Part shown: piece after piece, positions 27,601-40,949 of the stretch
Position numbering within the stretch: position 1 is the first letter of the stretch
Layout: the number at the start of each line of letters is the position of its first letter
From: Vicugna vicugna
Taxonomy: Eukaryota
Direction of reading: 5' to 3'
Length of the DNA: 64,000 bases
Assembly: GCA_013265495.1 (NCBI GenBank)
Contig: MU058418.1
Location: 1,762,917 to 1,826,916 of the forward strand
Position numbers and translations under genes: made by a program
Notes under the pieces: generated by a model
What the model was told of the DNA's origin: nothing
The model's database searches: none
The model's input: the letters and a program-made list of their open reading frames with translations, nothing else

Positions 27601-28347
27601 CTATAATCCATTAAGTAGAATACATTTCTAAAATATTTAAATATTTACAGGAAGGAAAATAAAATGATTTGAGAAAGTTAAAAAATTACCTGCTAAGATG
27701 GTTAAAAAGGCTCTTCTGCAAACAAACAAAAAAAGCCCAGAATGGCAAAGTAAAACTATTTTACGTTCTTCAGATTTGGAACCCTTCTAAACTAGATGAT
27801 TAGAATGTTAATGCATTAAATGGAGTTGTATCTTATTCAAGGGTTAGATTCAGAAATTAATATGTTCAGATTTACCACTGAAAATCTTAGGAAGACAGTA
27901 TACTGAAATCTCAATACACTGGAGTCTTACAGGATTGTATTATATGGGTGGCTTGTCTTTCAAAGCTTTGTTGTCTTTTAGAATATGTACTTTCTCTTTG
28001 AACCCTGGAATCAAACTGTTTGTAGTGGGGTGCTCAGATGATGAGCTTATGATCAACTGAGAAACTAGCAAATTCACTACCCATGTAATGGTCACTCCAA
28101 AGCATATATACTCATTGAAAATCAGGCAGGTTTGTCTATACTATTTATAGAGTAAATAGTCTTTTTTCTTTCTTTTTGCTGAACTTATAGTTGAATTTGT
28201 GATAACTAACTTCATTAAGATACAACTCTGCAGTATATGATTATGTATTTATGTTAAAGTTTCACCTGAATTTTTATCTAATGTTTTTGTTATTCATGTA
28301 GGAAAGAATAATGCTGTACTGTGTCGTTCCTTTATTCTCTACAGATA

Positions 28348-28504
28348 ATGGATTCTGAATTAATGCATAGTATAGTAGGAAGCTATCTTAGACCTCCTGA
28401 AAGAGTGTTTGTTCCGTCATTTACCCAGAGTGATGAATCATCTCACTACTCCATGAACTTAGAAGTTACTGCTACTAAAATGCTTCACAGTCCAAATAGC
28501 CAAG
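28348..28504 (+). CDS. CEP57L1: CEP57L1 coding exon 1 (MDSELMHSIVGSYLRPPERVFVPSF...MLHSPNSQ)
   Basis: Acceptor ttctctacag ends 28344, ATG at 28348, donor CAAG|gtaatg; phase 1. Confidence 0.96.
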
Positions 28505-29953
28505 GTAATGCTAACATAAAATCTTATTTAAAACTAGGGAAATTGTACGAAGTATGTTATGTAAAACTTTACATTTTTATGTAGAAAATAGTATGATTGT
28601 GTATTTAATCTTAATAAAACTGCTAATTTTGGTTCTGTTGCTTAAAGTGTATGTAAACTTAAATGAGTTATTTAACATTTTTTATTTTGGCTTCTTCAGC
28701 TATAAAATGAAGATTAACATAACCAGTCAGGCATATATTGCAGGTTTATCATAAAAGCATCACTAGGAAATAGGAAAATACTCTTTGAAGAATAAAAGGT
28801 CAGATTTAGAATCCTTCTAAATAAACAAGATGACTAAAATACTAGTGAATTAAGTAAAATTGTGTCTTATTCAACAACTAAATTCAGAAATTGCATATAT
28901 CCAAAATTACCCTTGAAAATTCTTCAGGAAGCCAGTATATTGGAATAACTACAAAATACAAGTATTATAACTTTTAAAATATAAACTTAGGAGGATCTTA
29001 TTGAATTAAAACATTTATGACTCGAGGCATACCTAAGCCATACATTTACATTACTTTCTTAGATGCTGATTATTGCATTGTTTTTTTAAAATACTCCATA
29101 ATAGCAGTTGCCATTAATAAATAGACTAGTTTGTGGTGCAAAACAACTCTAAGAAATAATAATCCAAATCACGTAATAATCTCTAGCAAATATCTTTCTA
29201 ATTGGATATAAGCTATATGAAAGTTAACCTGTAGCATTTATTTATATTCCATTCATCTCTAGTTTTATAATTTGAAGTTATAACTGAAAAGAGAGTATAA
29301 GATAATATCTAAAAATATTGTAACTCTGTACTTACCTGAACCATGGAGATACTAATATAGCTGAATACGAATCACAGTAATACATGTGTAACACTTAAAA
29401 TCTTTCAAGCCTGACATCAATGAAATCATTGGGTTGTAATTTTTTCTTAATGGAAGAAACTGTGTTCTACCTCATATGTCCTAATTCATATTTTGGACAA
29501 AGAAACAAATGTTTGTGGTTTGACTGAAACAACATATCAAGCACTGAGAAAAACTTTAAACATAAATTTCCTTGTTAACTAGTGGACACTATTTTAATTT
29601 TCTTTATCCATTCTTGGACTCATACCTCCCTTACTATACGTTATATTTTTTGTCTTTTAATTTGAAAATACTTATTTTATTAAATTAAATTGTGGTTAAT
29701 AGCTTTCTCAAACCTCAAATTTAGAAAATTACTCAATACAACCATAAATATGTTGTTTTTTATAAGATATGTTAAAATTTGTCCCTCAGAGTTTTTGTCA
29801 TTTTTCTTTTTTATGAGGCATGTATATATATATATATATTTTTTTTTTCCTGGCTCACAAACAAAAATATACTGCTCTTACTTTTTTGCTGCTATGATTC
29901 TAAGTGTTCAAAAATCCTCACTTAAAATATCATACACATTTTTTTTCCAATAG

Positions 29954-30133
29954 CTATTATTTTAGCCTTAAAAACTCTTCAGGAAAAGATTCATCGTTTA
30001 GAGTTAGAGAGAACACAAGCTGAAGATAACTTGAATGTTATTTCCAGAGAAGCAGCACAATATAAAAAGGCCTTGGAGAATGAAACAAATGAGAGAAATC
30101 TGGCACACCAGGAACTGATAAAGCAGAAAAAAG
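29954..30133 (+). CDS. CEP57L1: CEP57L1 coding exon 2 (AIILALKTLQEKIHRLELERTQAEDNL...ELIKQKK)
   Basis: Acceptor ttttttccaatag|, donor AAAG|gtaaga; 180 nt open; Cep57 centrosome-localisation coiled coil. Confidence 0.97.
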
Positions 30134-31310
30134 GTAAGAAAACTTAATAGTTTCCAGAAACAAGTGATTATCAAAGTTTACAGCTTGAAAATAATAAGCC
30201 CAGTGTAAGAAGATTTACTCAAATATCTTTGTTTTTACGTGCATTCAAACCTTGAGGACTTGTTCTCAGACATTTTGATATTTGCTGTAAATGGATATAA
30301 ATTTGAACCTGCCTCTATTATATCTGTTATCCCAGTTCATAAATTATTGAAATTAAAAGAAAAGTTAAGTTTTTAGATAAGTTGTGTTTAGGAATTAGAA
30401 TATTTTCAGAATACCAACAAAATCCAGTAAATTATTAGCCCATAATATAGTTGAAATACTTTGTTTTCAGTTAACACTATTTTTTATTTGAAAATATAAA
30501 GCAACACTAGTAATTAAACAATTTAAAAACAATAAAAATAAACAAATAAGATTTATTTAACATGAAATATTAATTAGAAGAAATGGACAGGTTGGTAGAG
30601 GTTTCTGTGGAAATTATGAAAAGGATATCTGGACACAAGTTTTTAGAGATTTAGAACATAATGTTCCTTATATAATTTCACTGCAAAATTATGGCTTTTT
30701 TCTTCCGTGTAACACTACATTTACCGTCATAAATAAGATTCAAGTTTGTGTTTCAACTTACAAATAAAATGAAGAGATGGAGTGAAAAAAATTTCCGAAG
30801 GATTAGACAAAAGTGGAAGAAAAAGTTGAGGAAAGTAAAAAGTTAAAGGATTAGAATGAGATTACTTACTTCTTATGGAACTGACTGTGCTGTTGTTAGT
30901 CAAGAACAGAGGAAGATGGGAATGGTAGAATGTATATACCTGAGTTTGCTGAAAGAGAAGACATGTACTGATAGGGAGAGACTTCAGGTCCTCTATTTTT
31001 CCAGATGGTGTTATTTCCTAGGAACAGCCAGGATTTTTATTCTCTCACAAGTCACTGACATCCTTCCCTTTTAGAAGTATGCCCTCTGGGTCTAAATTTA
31101 GGAGGAGACAGTGTTAAGCCAGTTATATATAATTAATAAGATATTCACAAAATGTGTATTCATAATTCTGAGATAGTCAATATTTAGGACCTAAGAAGCA
31201 GAACTTTTGGCTCTGATTGGATTCATATTATGCATTTCTTGTGATAACCAACTCTCTGATCTATGTGATAATCAACTAATTGACTCATTATATCTTTTTC
31301 TTTTTCACAG

Positions 31311-31432
31311 ATATAAGTATGCAATTAAGCTCAGCCCAGTCTCGCTGTACCCTTCTAGAGAAGCAACTAGAATATACAAAGAGAATGGTTCTCAATGTAG
31401 AGCGAGAGAAGAATATGATCCTAGAGCAACAG
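31311..31432 (+). CDS. CEP57L1: CEP57L1 coding exon 3 (DISMQLSSAQSRCTLLEKQLEYTKRMVLNVEREKNMILEQQ)
   Basis: Acceptor tttttcacag|, donor CAG|gtgaac; 122 nt. Confidence 0.97.
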
Positions 31433-31599
31433 GTGAACATATTTTCTGTAGTAATACAATATAATTTAATATGTTTTTGAAGAATATTTAATCATGGGAA
31501 AATTGTATTATAATCTTAAATAGGAGAGAAAACTGTATATAGGAGATTTCTGGTTATAGTGATGCATGCTAGGTCATTTGGACCAAACTTTCTGTAGAG

Positions 31600-31725
31600 G
31601 AAAACAAGAAAAACTGGACAGAAAATTAAAAAGGAAGGAAGGGAAAGAAAAGAAAAAGAAAAGAAAGAGAAGAAGGAAAGAAAGGGAGGGAGGGAGGAAG
31701 AAGGAAAGAAAGGAAGAAAAGAATA
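31600..31725. repeat. Polypurine (GAAA/GGAA)n low-complexity tract
   Basis: aaggaaggaagggaaagaaaagaaaaagaaaagaaagagaagaaggaaagaaagggagggagggagg... Confidence 0.9.
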
Positions 31726-31876
31726 TATACCGTGGCACTGGAGAATTAACAAGGTGATGAAAAATCACCAATTCAAAATCTGTGTGCAGACTTAAATTCA
31801 AAGAATTTAACCTACAGAGAGGTTGGTTTCAGGTTCCTTCCTTCTTGGAGACTTTCTGATTTCAGAAGAGTTAGTT

Positions 31877-32016
31877 ATTTTATTTCTGTTTTTTGTGGTG
31901 GGGAAGTAATTAGGTTTATTTACTTTTTATTTATCTTTAGAGAAGGTACTGGGGATTGAACCCAGGATCTTGTGCATACTAAGCATGCACTCTACCAATT
32001 GTGCTATATCCTCCCC
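31877..32016 (-). mobile_element. tRNA-derived camelid-type SINE (vic-1-like)
   Basis: RC body matches the other copies; degenerate TSD cagaaRagttWgtt at 31863-31876 and 32019-32032. Confidence 0.9.
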
Positions 32017-32249
32017 ACCAGAAAAGTTTGTTGAAAGGCTAAATAATGAGTTTGATAGCTATCTTTATGGGGCTAAAGAAGTTAAAGTTAGAGACCAGAG
32101 CCTACTAAGAGTAGGAACTCTGGTAAAATCTCCTGGCTCTAAATGCTTTCTAAGTGTAAACAAGAAGGAAAACAGCCCAGATAACAGCTCTGCTCTAGAT
32201 TGTGAGAGTAATCCAGAAAATCTTAGTTCCTGAAATTGGATTAAAGTGA

Positions 32250-34230
32250 TCCTGGATGACTAATGTTTCCAGGGACCTCAAATTTTTTCTACAAACATTT
32301 TTTTGACACAGTGAAGAAATTTTCAAAGATAACCAGGCAGAAGGAGATACACTGAAGAGAAATAGCTTATGTAACAGATAACAGACTATGTAAACATTCA
32401 TAAATTAGCTCCAGCTAGGTACTGGCTCTGAAAGATACAGACTTTAAAATAATTATGCTTGCTGTAATAAAGGAGATAGAAGACAGGATCAAAAATTTTC
32501 AGCAGAACATTAGAAACCTTAAAAAGGCAGAACAGATTTAAGAAAGAAACAAATAAAAATTATAGAACTAAAATAAAAGTGAAATTCTGAACTTGATGGA
32601 TCTAAGAGCAGATTAAAAGAGATAATTAGTGAATGAGAAGGCTAAACAATTCAAATCAATGAAGAGACAAAACAATAGTAAGTTATTTAGAAAAGAGAGC
32701 AAGAGACATAAGTTAGAGTGAGGTCAAACTTATGTATGATTAGAGTTCCAAAAGGAAAAGAGAAAGAAAGGGACAGAAACAATACTTGAAGAGATAATGG
32801 CTGGGAATTTCCCAAAACTGATTTTTTTTAAATCACATGAAAGATTTAAGAAGCCCCATAAAACCAAAGCAAGAAAAATAAATATACATATATTTTATAT
32901 AGAATATAAATATATTTATATAAAATATATACCTAAATACCTTGTAATAAAATAAATAGTAAGATAAGAATAAAATCCTAAAAGCTGCTGGAAAAAAAAT
33001 TACATTCAAAGGGACAACAAATAAAGTGACAGGTAACTTCTCAACTGAAAATTATTGAATCCGGAAGACAATGGACTGATATACTTAAGGTTTTAAAAGA
33101 AAATAACTGCCAATCTGGAACCCAATGCTTAGGGAAAATATCCTTGAAAAATAAAGGTGAAGTAAAGATGTTTTAAACTTGAAAAAAATCTTAGATAGTT
33201 TGTTTCTGGGAGATCCATACTAAAGGAAATACTAAAGGACATTATTCAGACAGAAGGAAAATTATCTTAGATAGAAGATCAGAGATGCAGGAAGTAGTGA
33301 AGAACAATGACGATGGTAAATATATGAGTAAATCTAAATGAATATTGTATAAAACAACAGTAATAATGTCTTATTTGTATGTTTAAATATATACAAAGGA
33401 TTAAAATTAGAACAGCAGCTTATAAGTTAGGAAGGAGTAAATTTAGTTTAAAGTCTTCTAAGGTCTTTGCATTATATTGGAAATGGGTAAAAGTACCAAT
33501 CAATACTGGATTTTAATGGGCCAAATATTTAATAGGTTTTTCAAGGAACTAGAAAGGTTGACTCTAAAATTTATATAGAAAAGGAAAGTTCCAAAAATAG
33601 TCAAACTATTACGAAGAAGAGTATGGTGAGGTCTTGCTTTCTTATATATTGATGCTATCAAAATTAATGTGATATTTGTATGGCCAGACAACCAGAATAA
33701 AGAAATATGATATAGTCAGAAACAGATTCACTTATATGGAAACTCAATATAAAACAAGGATGCCATTGCAGAACATTGGGGATGTTAGACTTCAGTAAAT
33801 GGTTTGGGGACAATTGGTTATCTGTGTGAGGTGGGAAAAAAAGAGAAGAAATTGGTCTCTACCTCACACCTTACACAAAAATCAATTCCAGATGGATTAA
33901 AGACTTAAATGTAAACTTCGTAATTTTTAGAAGCAAATACAGAACAATGTCTCTATGATCTTGGAGTTAAGAGGTATTTTGTAAACAACACAAAAAGTAA
34001 AAAAAAAGCACTAGAAAAATCGGCAAAGTTATGAAGAGGCATTTTGTAGGATAAAAAGGATCACAAATGGTCACACATTTATAGAAAATTTGGTTAATCT
34101 CATTAGTAACCAGGAAAATACAAATTAAAAGCAAAAGATACTACTTAATATCTATCTATTCATCTATTTACATCTTATAAAATAACCTAGAAATTCCTAT
34201 CCTAGCTAAATATTGCAGATCAGTGACCTT
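32250..34230 (+). mobile_element. Old LINE-1 (ORF1 and ORF2 remnants)
   Basis: ILEEIMAGNFPKL at 32782-32820; cacaccttacacaaaaatcaattccagatggattaaagacttaaatg. Confidence 0.85.
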
Positions 34231-34239
34231 TAACAGTTT

Positions 34240-37200
34240 TTTAAATGTTTGCATTGAAGTATAATTTACGTCCAGTGAAATGCACATGTCTTAAGTGTAC
34301 AGTTCAGTGATTATTGATAAATGCATATGCTCATGTAAACCACAGTCCTGCCAAATAACAGAACATTTTCAACGCCCGAAAATTTCTCATATCTCTGCCA
34401 AGTTATCCTCTGCTCTGTCTCCACCTCCCAGTAACACAATTACTATTCTGATGTATTTTACTTTAGGTTAATTTTGTCTGTCCTAAAACTTCATACAAAT
34501 TGGATCATAAAAAATATACTCTTTTGCATCTGGTTTTTTGTTTAGGATAAAGTTTTGAAGCTTAATCCATGTTGTATGTATCAGTAGTTTTTTCCTTTTT
34601 ATTGCTATATAGAATTTTAATATAGATATGCCAAAATTTGGTTATCCATTTTTCTGTTGATGGACATTTGGCTTCTTCCCAGTTTGAGAGTATTATGAAC
34701 AAAGCTGCTATGAACATTCTTGTACAATTTTGTGTGTGTACGTGTGTGTGTGTGTGTAAACATATATTTTAATTTCTCTTGGGTAAATATCTAGTAATAG
34801 AATTGCTGTGCCACAGGGAAGGTGTTTGTTCAACTTTATAAGAAACTATCAAGCTGTTTTCCAAAATACTTTCTTTTAAAAGCTTTTAGTTTTCATTTTC
34901 CTTTGTGACCCATCTGGAGTTGATTTTTGTATGGTGAAAGCAAATGTTCAAGGTTAAATTTTTTCCATGTGGGTGTCCAGTTGTCCCAGCAACCATTTGT
35001 TAGAAGATTTATTTTATCCCATTGAATTGATTGGACAGCTTTGTCAACAATTGATTGTGTAGATGAAGTCTGTTTCTGGGACTCTGTATTATTTTTTGGT
35101 CTATCCTTATACTAATACCAAGAAGCTTTATAATAAGCCTTGAAATCAAGTAATGTGAATCTTCCAACTTTGTTCTCTTTGAAGATTTTGTGGTTATTAT
35201 AGATCCTTTGCACTTCTATATAAATTTTATAACCAGTGTAGCATTTTCTAAAAAATAAATCTGCTGAGATTTCAGTTGGGATCTTGTTAAATCTATAGAT
35301 CATTTGGGGGAAAATTAATATCTCAAAAATACTGAATCTTCCTATCCAGGAACATGACATAATTTTCTATTTATTTCAATCTTCTTTACTTTCTCTTCAC
35401 AGTGGTTTGTAGTTTTTAATGAGAGGTCTTGCACATCTCTTGCTACATTTATCTCTAAGAACTTTATTTTTTTAAATGCTATTATAAACAGTATTGGATT
35501 TTTTTCAATATAATTGATTTTTATGAGACTTTGTATCCTGCAGCCTTGCTAAATTTATTACTTCAAGTAGTTTTCAGATTTTCAAAGGATTTTCTGTGTG
35601 CACAATCATGTTATCTGTGAATAAAGATAATTTTATTTCTTCTTTTCTTCTAATGGCCTTTATTCCTTTTTCTCATTTTATTGCACTGGCTATTACAGCT
35701 CATACACTGTTAAGAAGTGGTAAGGACTGATGTCCTTGCTTTGTTTCTGATCTTTAGGGGAAAGATACTGATCTTTTATTAGTACAATATTACCTCTAGG
35801 TTTTTTCATAGCTGTCCCTTTCAAGTTGTGGAAATTACCTTCTATTCTTAGTTTGCTGAAAGCTTTTAATTGTGAATGGGTACTGAATTTTGTAAATTGC
35901 TTTTTCTACATCTAGTGAAAGAGTCATATGATTTTTCTCTTGTATTTTTGTTAAGATGCTAAGTTACATTGTTTGATTTTCAAATGTTAACCAACATTGC
36001 ATTCCTGGTATAGACCCCAATTAATCTTGATAAAGTATTCTTTTTCTTCTGATTCATTTTGCTAATATTTTGCTTAACTATATTTGTGACTTTGTCCATG
36101 AGGATCTTGGTTTATAATTTTCTTATAATGTCTGGTTTTGTATCATTGTTTTGTTGGCCTCATAAAAATAGTTGGAAAGATTCCTTCTTCTGTTTTTTGA
36201 AAAACCTTGTATGAAATTAATATTATTTTCTCCTTAAATGTTTGATAGAATTCAAATTTGATAGAAGATATCTGGGGCTGGAGTTTTCTTAAAACGTAGA
36301 ATGTTTTTAAATTATGAATTCAATTTTTTTATAATGGAGATAGGGCTACTCAGAGTTTCTGTTTCTTCTTGTATCTTTAAAGATGTCCCCTCTTTCATTC
36401 CTAATATTACTAAGTTATATTTTTGCTCTTTTAAAAATTACCAAACTACCTATCATTTTATCAATGTTATTGATTTTTTTAAAAAAAGTCTTTTAAAAAA
36501 TGTTTTATTTATTTTATATTCATTGATTTCTACTTCTTAAAAAATGATTTCCTTCCTCCTACTGGGTAGGGTTTAATTTGCTCTTTTTTCCCTAGCTTTG
36601 TATCTTAGGAACTTAGATTATTGATTTTAATATTCTTTCTTTTTGAATGTTACATCTTGTGACTAAAACTATCAATTTCCCTCTAAACACTGCTTTACCT
36701 GCATTCCACAGATTTTGATATCTTGTATTTTCATGACCTTTCAGCTAAAAATATTTTCTAACTTCTCTAGTGATTTTTTCTTACATTCTATGGACTTTAC
36801 TTCTTCCTGGTACTTTTTCTCTTCTCTTCCTCCTCCTTTTTAGTATCTGTTCTACAGGTTAAAATACATATTCTTAACTTACCATAGTCTGCCATGAATT
36901 AGTATTAAAACATTTCACATGTAACATAAGATCCTTACTATAGTATACTTACACTTATCCCCTTTTGTTTTACAGTTTTCATACATTTTATTTCTATGTA
37001 TGTTATGACTCACAATACATTATTATTGTTTCTGCTTTAAATGATCGATTATCCTTTAAAGAAAATTAAGAAACAAGAAGAAACATTTTTAACATTTCCA
37101 GTGCTTTTTATTTCCTTGTGTAGATTTGATTTTTCATCTGGTGTCATTTCCTTCAATCTGAAGTACTTCTTTTAAAAGTTTGCTGGGAATTCTCTTAGCA

Positions 37201-37740
37201 TGTATTTGTCTAGAAAAGTCTTTATTTCACCATCATTGGTGTAGGATAGTTTCACTGGATATAGTATTCTAACTGACAGCTTTTTTTCTTTTAGCACATT
37301 AAAGGTGTCTCAATTGTCTTCCGGATTTCACAGTTTCTAATGAGAATTGTTATCTTCATTCCTCTATGTATAAAGTGTTATTTCTCAGGCTGCTTTTAAG
37401 ATTTTCCCTTTATTACTGGTTTTCAACAATTTGTTAATGTACTCAGCTGTGGTTTTCTTTGTATTTATTCTGCTTAGGTTGTTTTTTGTTTGTTTGTTTT
37501 AGATTCTTGAATCTGTCAGTTAATATTTTCCATCAAAATTGGAACATTTCTAGCCACTATCCTTCAAATAAGGATTATCTGACTTCCCTTTCCTTTCCTT
37601 CTGTAACATTCCAATTGAATGTTAGACCACAGTTTTAAGTTTATAGAAAATTGAGCAGATAATGCAGAGAGTTCTCATGTATCTCCTGCCCCCTCACAGT
37701 TGCCCCTATTATTAACATCTTGCATTAGTGTGGTAATAAA
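34240..37740 (-). mobile_element. Old LINE-1 fragments (3' UTR, ORF2 and ORF1 remnants), opposite orientation
   Basis: ORF 35112-35360 reads SCSWIGRFSI...PQMIYRFNKIPTEI...NKVGRFTLLDFKAYYKA (L1 ORF2). Confidence 0.85.
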
Positions 37741-38165
37741 TGCCTTTATAAGACAGTATATAGATATGCATATATATATGCATAACTTACCTTTTCTCCA
37801 TGTTCTCTGTGTGCTTTATTCCTCTGATAGTTGCTTCTCTATGTTAGAGAAAGGGTAAATCAATGAGTAGATTTGGTTACCTTGTGAATAACACCTTGTT
37901 TATTTAATACAGATTTCCACAGTAGAAGTGTTACATGAAGATACATAGAAGAGTTTTTTCCATTGATCTAATATCTTTTTTGGCACCTTATGTTTGTTTT
38001 TTAAAAAGTATTTGATTTCTTGTTTTTGCTCATAAGCACCTAAAGTATGTACATGTTTCTTATGACAGAATTATAATGTGCATTTGAATTCACAGAAATT
38101 GTATGATTCTTAAGTCATTGGCATCACTTGCCAAATTTAAAATTTTTTTTTTTTATCATTTCCAG

Positions 38166-38282
38166 GCCCAGCTTCAAAGGGAAAAAGAACAGGATCATAT
38201 GAAGCTTCAAGCAAAACTTGAAAAGCTTGATGTGTTAGAAAAAGAATGTTTTAAACTTACAACAACTCAGAAAACTTCTGAG
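38166..38282 (+). CDS. CEP57L1: CEP57L1 coding exon 4 (AQLQREKEQDHMKLQAKLEKLDVLEKECFKLTTTQKTSE)
   Basis: Acceptor atcatttccag|, donor GAG|gtaagc; 117 nt. Confidence 0.97.
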
Positions 38283-39344
38283 GTAAGCTTCCACTTATTT
38301 CTTTGAAGTGGTGATGCCAGGAATAAATCTTTACTGTTGTTAAGCATATTTGTACTGTATGTGAATATAAAATAAATCTTATATTTATAAAATTTCATTA
38401 ACAACTTTTAGTAATCTAGATATGAATTGCTTCCTATAGAGATGAAAAGTTAATGTATTCTATTACTGCATGAATGAGCTTGCCTTTTGATGGGAAATTG
38501 TAATTTTGACTTCTGCAATGGCAGAACATTTTCATTTGTCAGATAATTTAAAGGTTATTGAAAAGATTGCCTTTTGCCACTTGCAGTGAAGTTAACCCCA
38601 TTCTAGATCCTGTCCTGAAATGCCCTCTCCTTTTTCACCCAAATCCTATCCATTTCATAGGACATTCTCCTAGTTCTGCTTCCTTTGTGAAGCCTTCCTT
38701 GGTTCTTCAACACTCAGGAAGCTCGCTCTTTGAAATACTACTGTCTTCCTATTCTAAACCATACCAAGGTTATAAGATGAAATACTTACATGTATAAGGT
38801 TAAATAGTGTATATGTGGTCTGGGTCAAATCATATTGTTTCATGTATGTTACTCTTGTTTCCCTAAGAATAGCATAAACCCTTAAGTAACAAGGACCGTA
38901 TCTTGTATTTTTAATGTGTCTGTCTATCCCCTCTCTCTTCCAATAACTATGCCCTTATCATATGTACATAATAGACATTTATTATGATTTGTCTGTGTTT
39001 TGAACAAAGCATTGAGAACTAAGACTATAATTGTTTGACCTTCTAGACCTTCAATACCCCCCAAATTTTCATTATTATGATTTTGTTGCTGAACTTTAAT
39101 AGAGCCTATGCATGTACATTCTTTGCTTTTTCTTTGTTCTTATATATAACAGCAGGTAAAGAAGCATAGGAAGAAAGCCAAGAAAAAATCTTAGCATCTT
39201 TTGCCATTCCTTTTTCTTACTTTCTGGTTTAAATTACCAAACTATTAAGAATCAAGACCCTAAGGACTCTTATTTGGAAAAGGGCCAAAAATATTTGTCT
39301 TTAGTTTTTGTATAATAACCCCAATTTTTAAAATTCTTTTGCAG

Positions 39345-39422
39345 GACAAGATTAAACATTTAGAGGAAAAACTAAAGGAAGAAGAACATCAGCGTAAGCT
39401 CTTTCAAGACAAGGCTTCTCAG
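39345..39422 (+). CDS. CEP57L1: CEP57L1 coding exon 5 (DKIKHLEEKLKEEEHQRKLFQDKASQ)
   Basis: Acceptor ttcttttgcag|, donor CAG|gtaaat; 78 nt. Confidence 0.97.
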
Positions 39423-39688
39423 GTAAATAGAACACAGTATCATCTATTACATTAAAATCATGTATGTTTTATTATATTTTATCTTTATTAACTGAAATCT
39501 GTATCCTAGACTCTAATTTCTGCTTCCTAGCTTGTGAGTTTTGTCTCTTTTTGCTATAACAATGAAATTCTCAGTAAGTCAGCCTGTATATTCATATACC
39601 TGGATATGTTGCCAAGAGGTCTTTTGGTCTTTTGAAATTCTGACAAATGTATATGTATTTTCAGTTGAAAGAACTCCAGGTGTAGATT

Positions 39689-39820
39689 GTTTTCAGTTTG
39701 TTTTATATAAATGTATATGTATACATACAGTTTGTTTTATATAAATGTATATGTTTTATATAAATGTATATGTTTCAGTTTGTTTTATATAAATGTATAT
39801 ATTGTTTTATATAAATGAAT
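39689..39820. repeat. AT-rich minisatellite, core tgttttatataaatgtata x5
   Basis: Five copies with variable spacers (e.g. cagtt) read directly. Confidence 0.9.
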
Positions 39821-40019
39821 AATAGTTCATTCTCTTATAAACAGAAAATGATTGTAATTACCAGTGATTTAGTGACTTTTACACACAAAAAATAGTATTT
39901 TGAGTTTTATTCCTCAAAAAACATTTTTGTCTTTATAAACTGAGATCTGATCTCTCATTATAATGTTTTTGAAGAAGCTTGTTAAAAATCAATTTCATAA
40001 CTTTTAAAAAATATTATAG

Positions 40020-40106
40020 CTTCAAACTGGACTTGAAATCAATAGAATTTTAATGTCTTCAGCATCAAATCCAAAGCACTTCAATGAAAAGAAGAAATCT
40101 TCAAAG
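40020..40106 (+). CDS. CEP57L1: CEP57L1 coding exon 6 (LQTGLEINRILMSSASNPKHFNEKKKSSK)
   Basis: A-rich acceptor aaaaaatattatag|, donor AAG|gtatgc; 87 nt; LQTGLE motif shared with CEP57. Confidence 0.94.
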
Positions 40107-40693
40107 GTATGCGAACACTTTATTCTTATTTGCTAATACTTATTTCTCCAGCCTCTTAATATTTATACATATCCATTTCCCAAAAGAATTTGAAGATATT
40201 TATAATTAAAAAAGCATGAAATGCTGCTATAAAATGGAGATTAAAAGATAAATGATGATGGCCTGGGCTGTGAGGACAGAAAATGCCATCAAACCTAGAT
40301 TAAAGAAAGTAACAGCAGTTCAGCACAAAACCTCGCTCTGAGTTTGCTTGACAAACAAAGCAAAAAGGAGCATATAATGGGCAATAATGCATCTATCTTT
40401 GTGGAATAACAATAAACATTCCAATTTTTCTAGAAAGACCAACATTTTCCTAGTACTAAACTCTAGAGATATGTATGTTTGTGATGCTTTATACAAGAGG
40501 CACTAAATAACACAGAAGATCTTGACCTTGCTCTACCCCTAAGCCATTGTATTTCTCTAATTCTCCAAAAAAAAAAAAAAGAAATCCAAAAGTTAAGATA
40601 TCCAAATTTCCATGTAGAATTGAGAATATATTGTTTTCTTTTCATTATGGAATGTGCTCAGTTTATTGATTATTCTCTTGATGAAATGTTAAC

Positions 40694-40789
40694 TAGACTG
40701 ACCAGTTTACCCCAGTTTGCCTGTGACTTTCCTGGTTTTAGCACTGAAAGTCCTGAGTCGTGGGCAAATTGAGATAACTGGTCACCCTA
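40694..40789. mobile_element. MER81-like hAT-Blackjack MITE
   Basis: Terminal inverted repeats tagactgaccag / ctggtcacccta; internal ggttttagcactgaaagtcc. Confidence 0.8.
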
Positions 40790-40949
40790 ATTCAATCCCT
40801 CCAAAAAAATAATGAAATCATTTATTTTTAAGAATGTAATTTAGCAGGTCTTTTTAAAAATGTTTCATGAAAGGGTGTATATAACAAAAAATGTCTGCTC
40901 AAAGGATAACAATAAAATTAACACTGGTGTACTCACCACACAGAAAGTA

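Noticed and set aside
1..28344. CEP57L1 main promoter, 5' UTR exons, or SESN1 exons
   Set aside because: No CpG island and no SESN1-like peptide seen; non-coding exons cannot be called from splice-like motifs alone
31516..31801. Lys/Glu/Arg-rich and Phe/Ser-rich ORFs
   Set aside because: Translation artefacts of the polypurine tract
39689..39820. CRISPR-like repeat-spacer array
   Set aside because: Mammalian intron; spacers only 0-12 nt and repetitive; ordinary minisatellite
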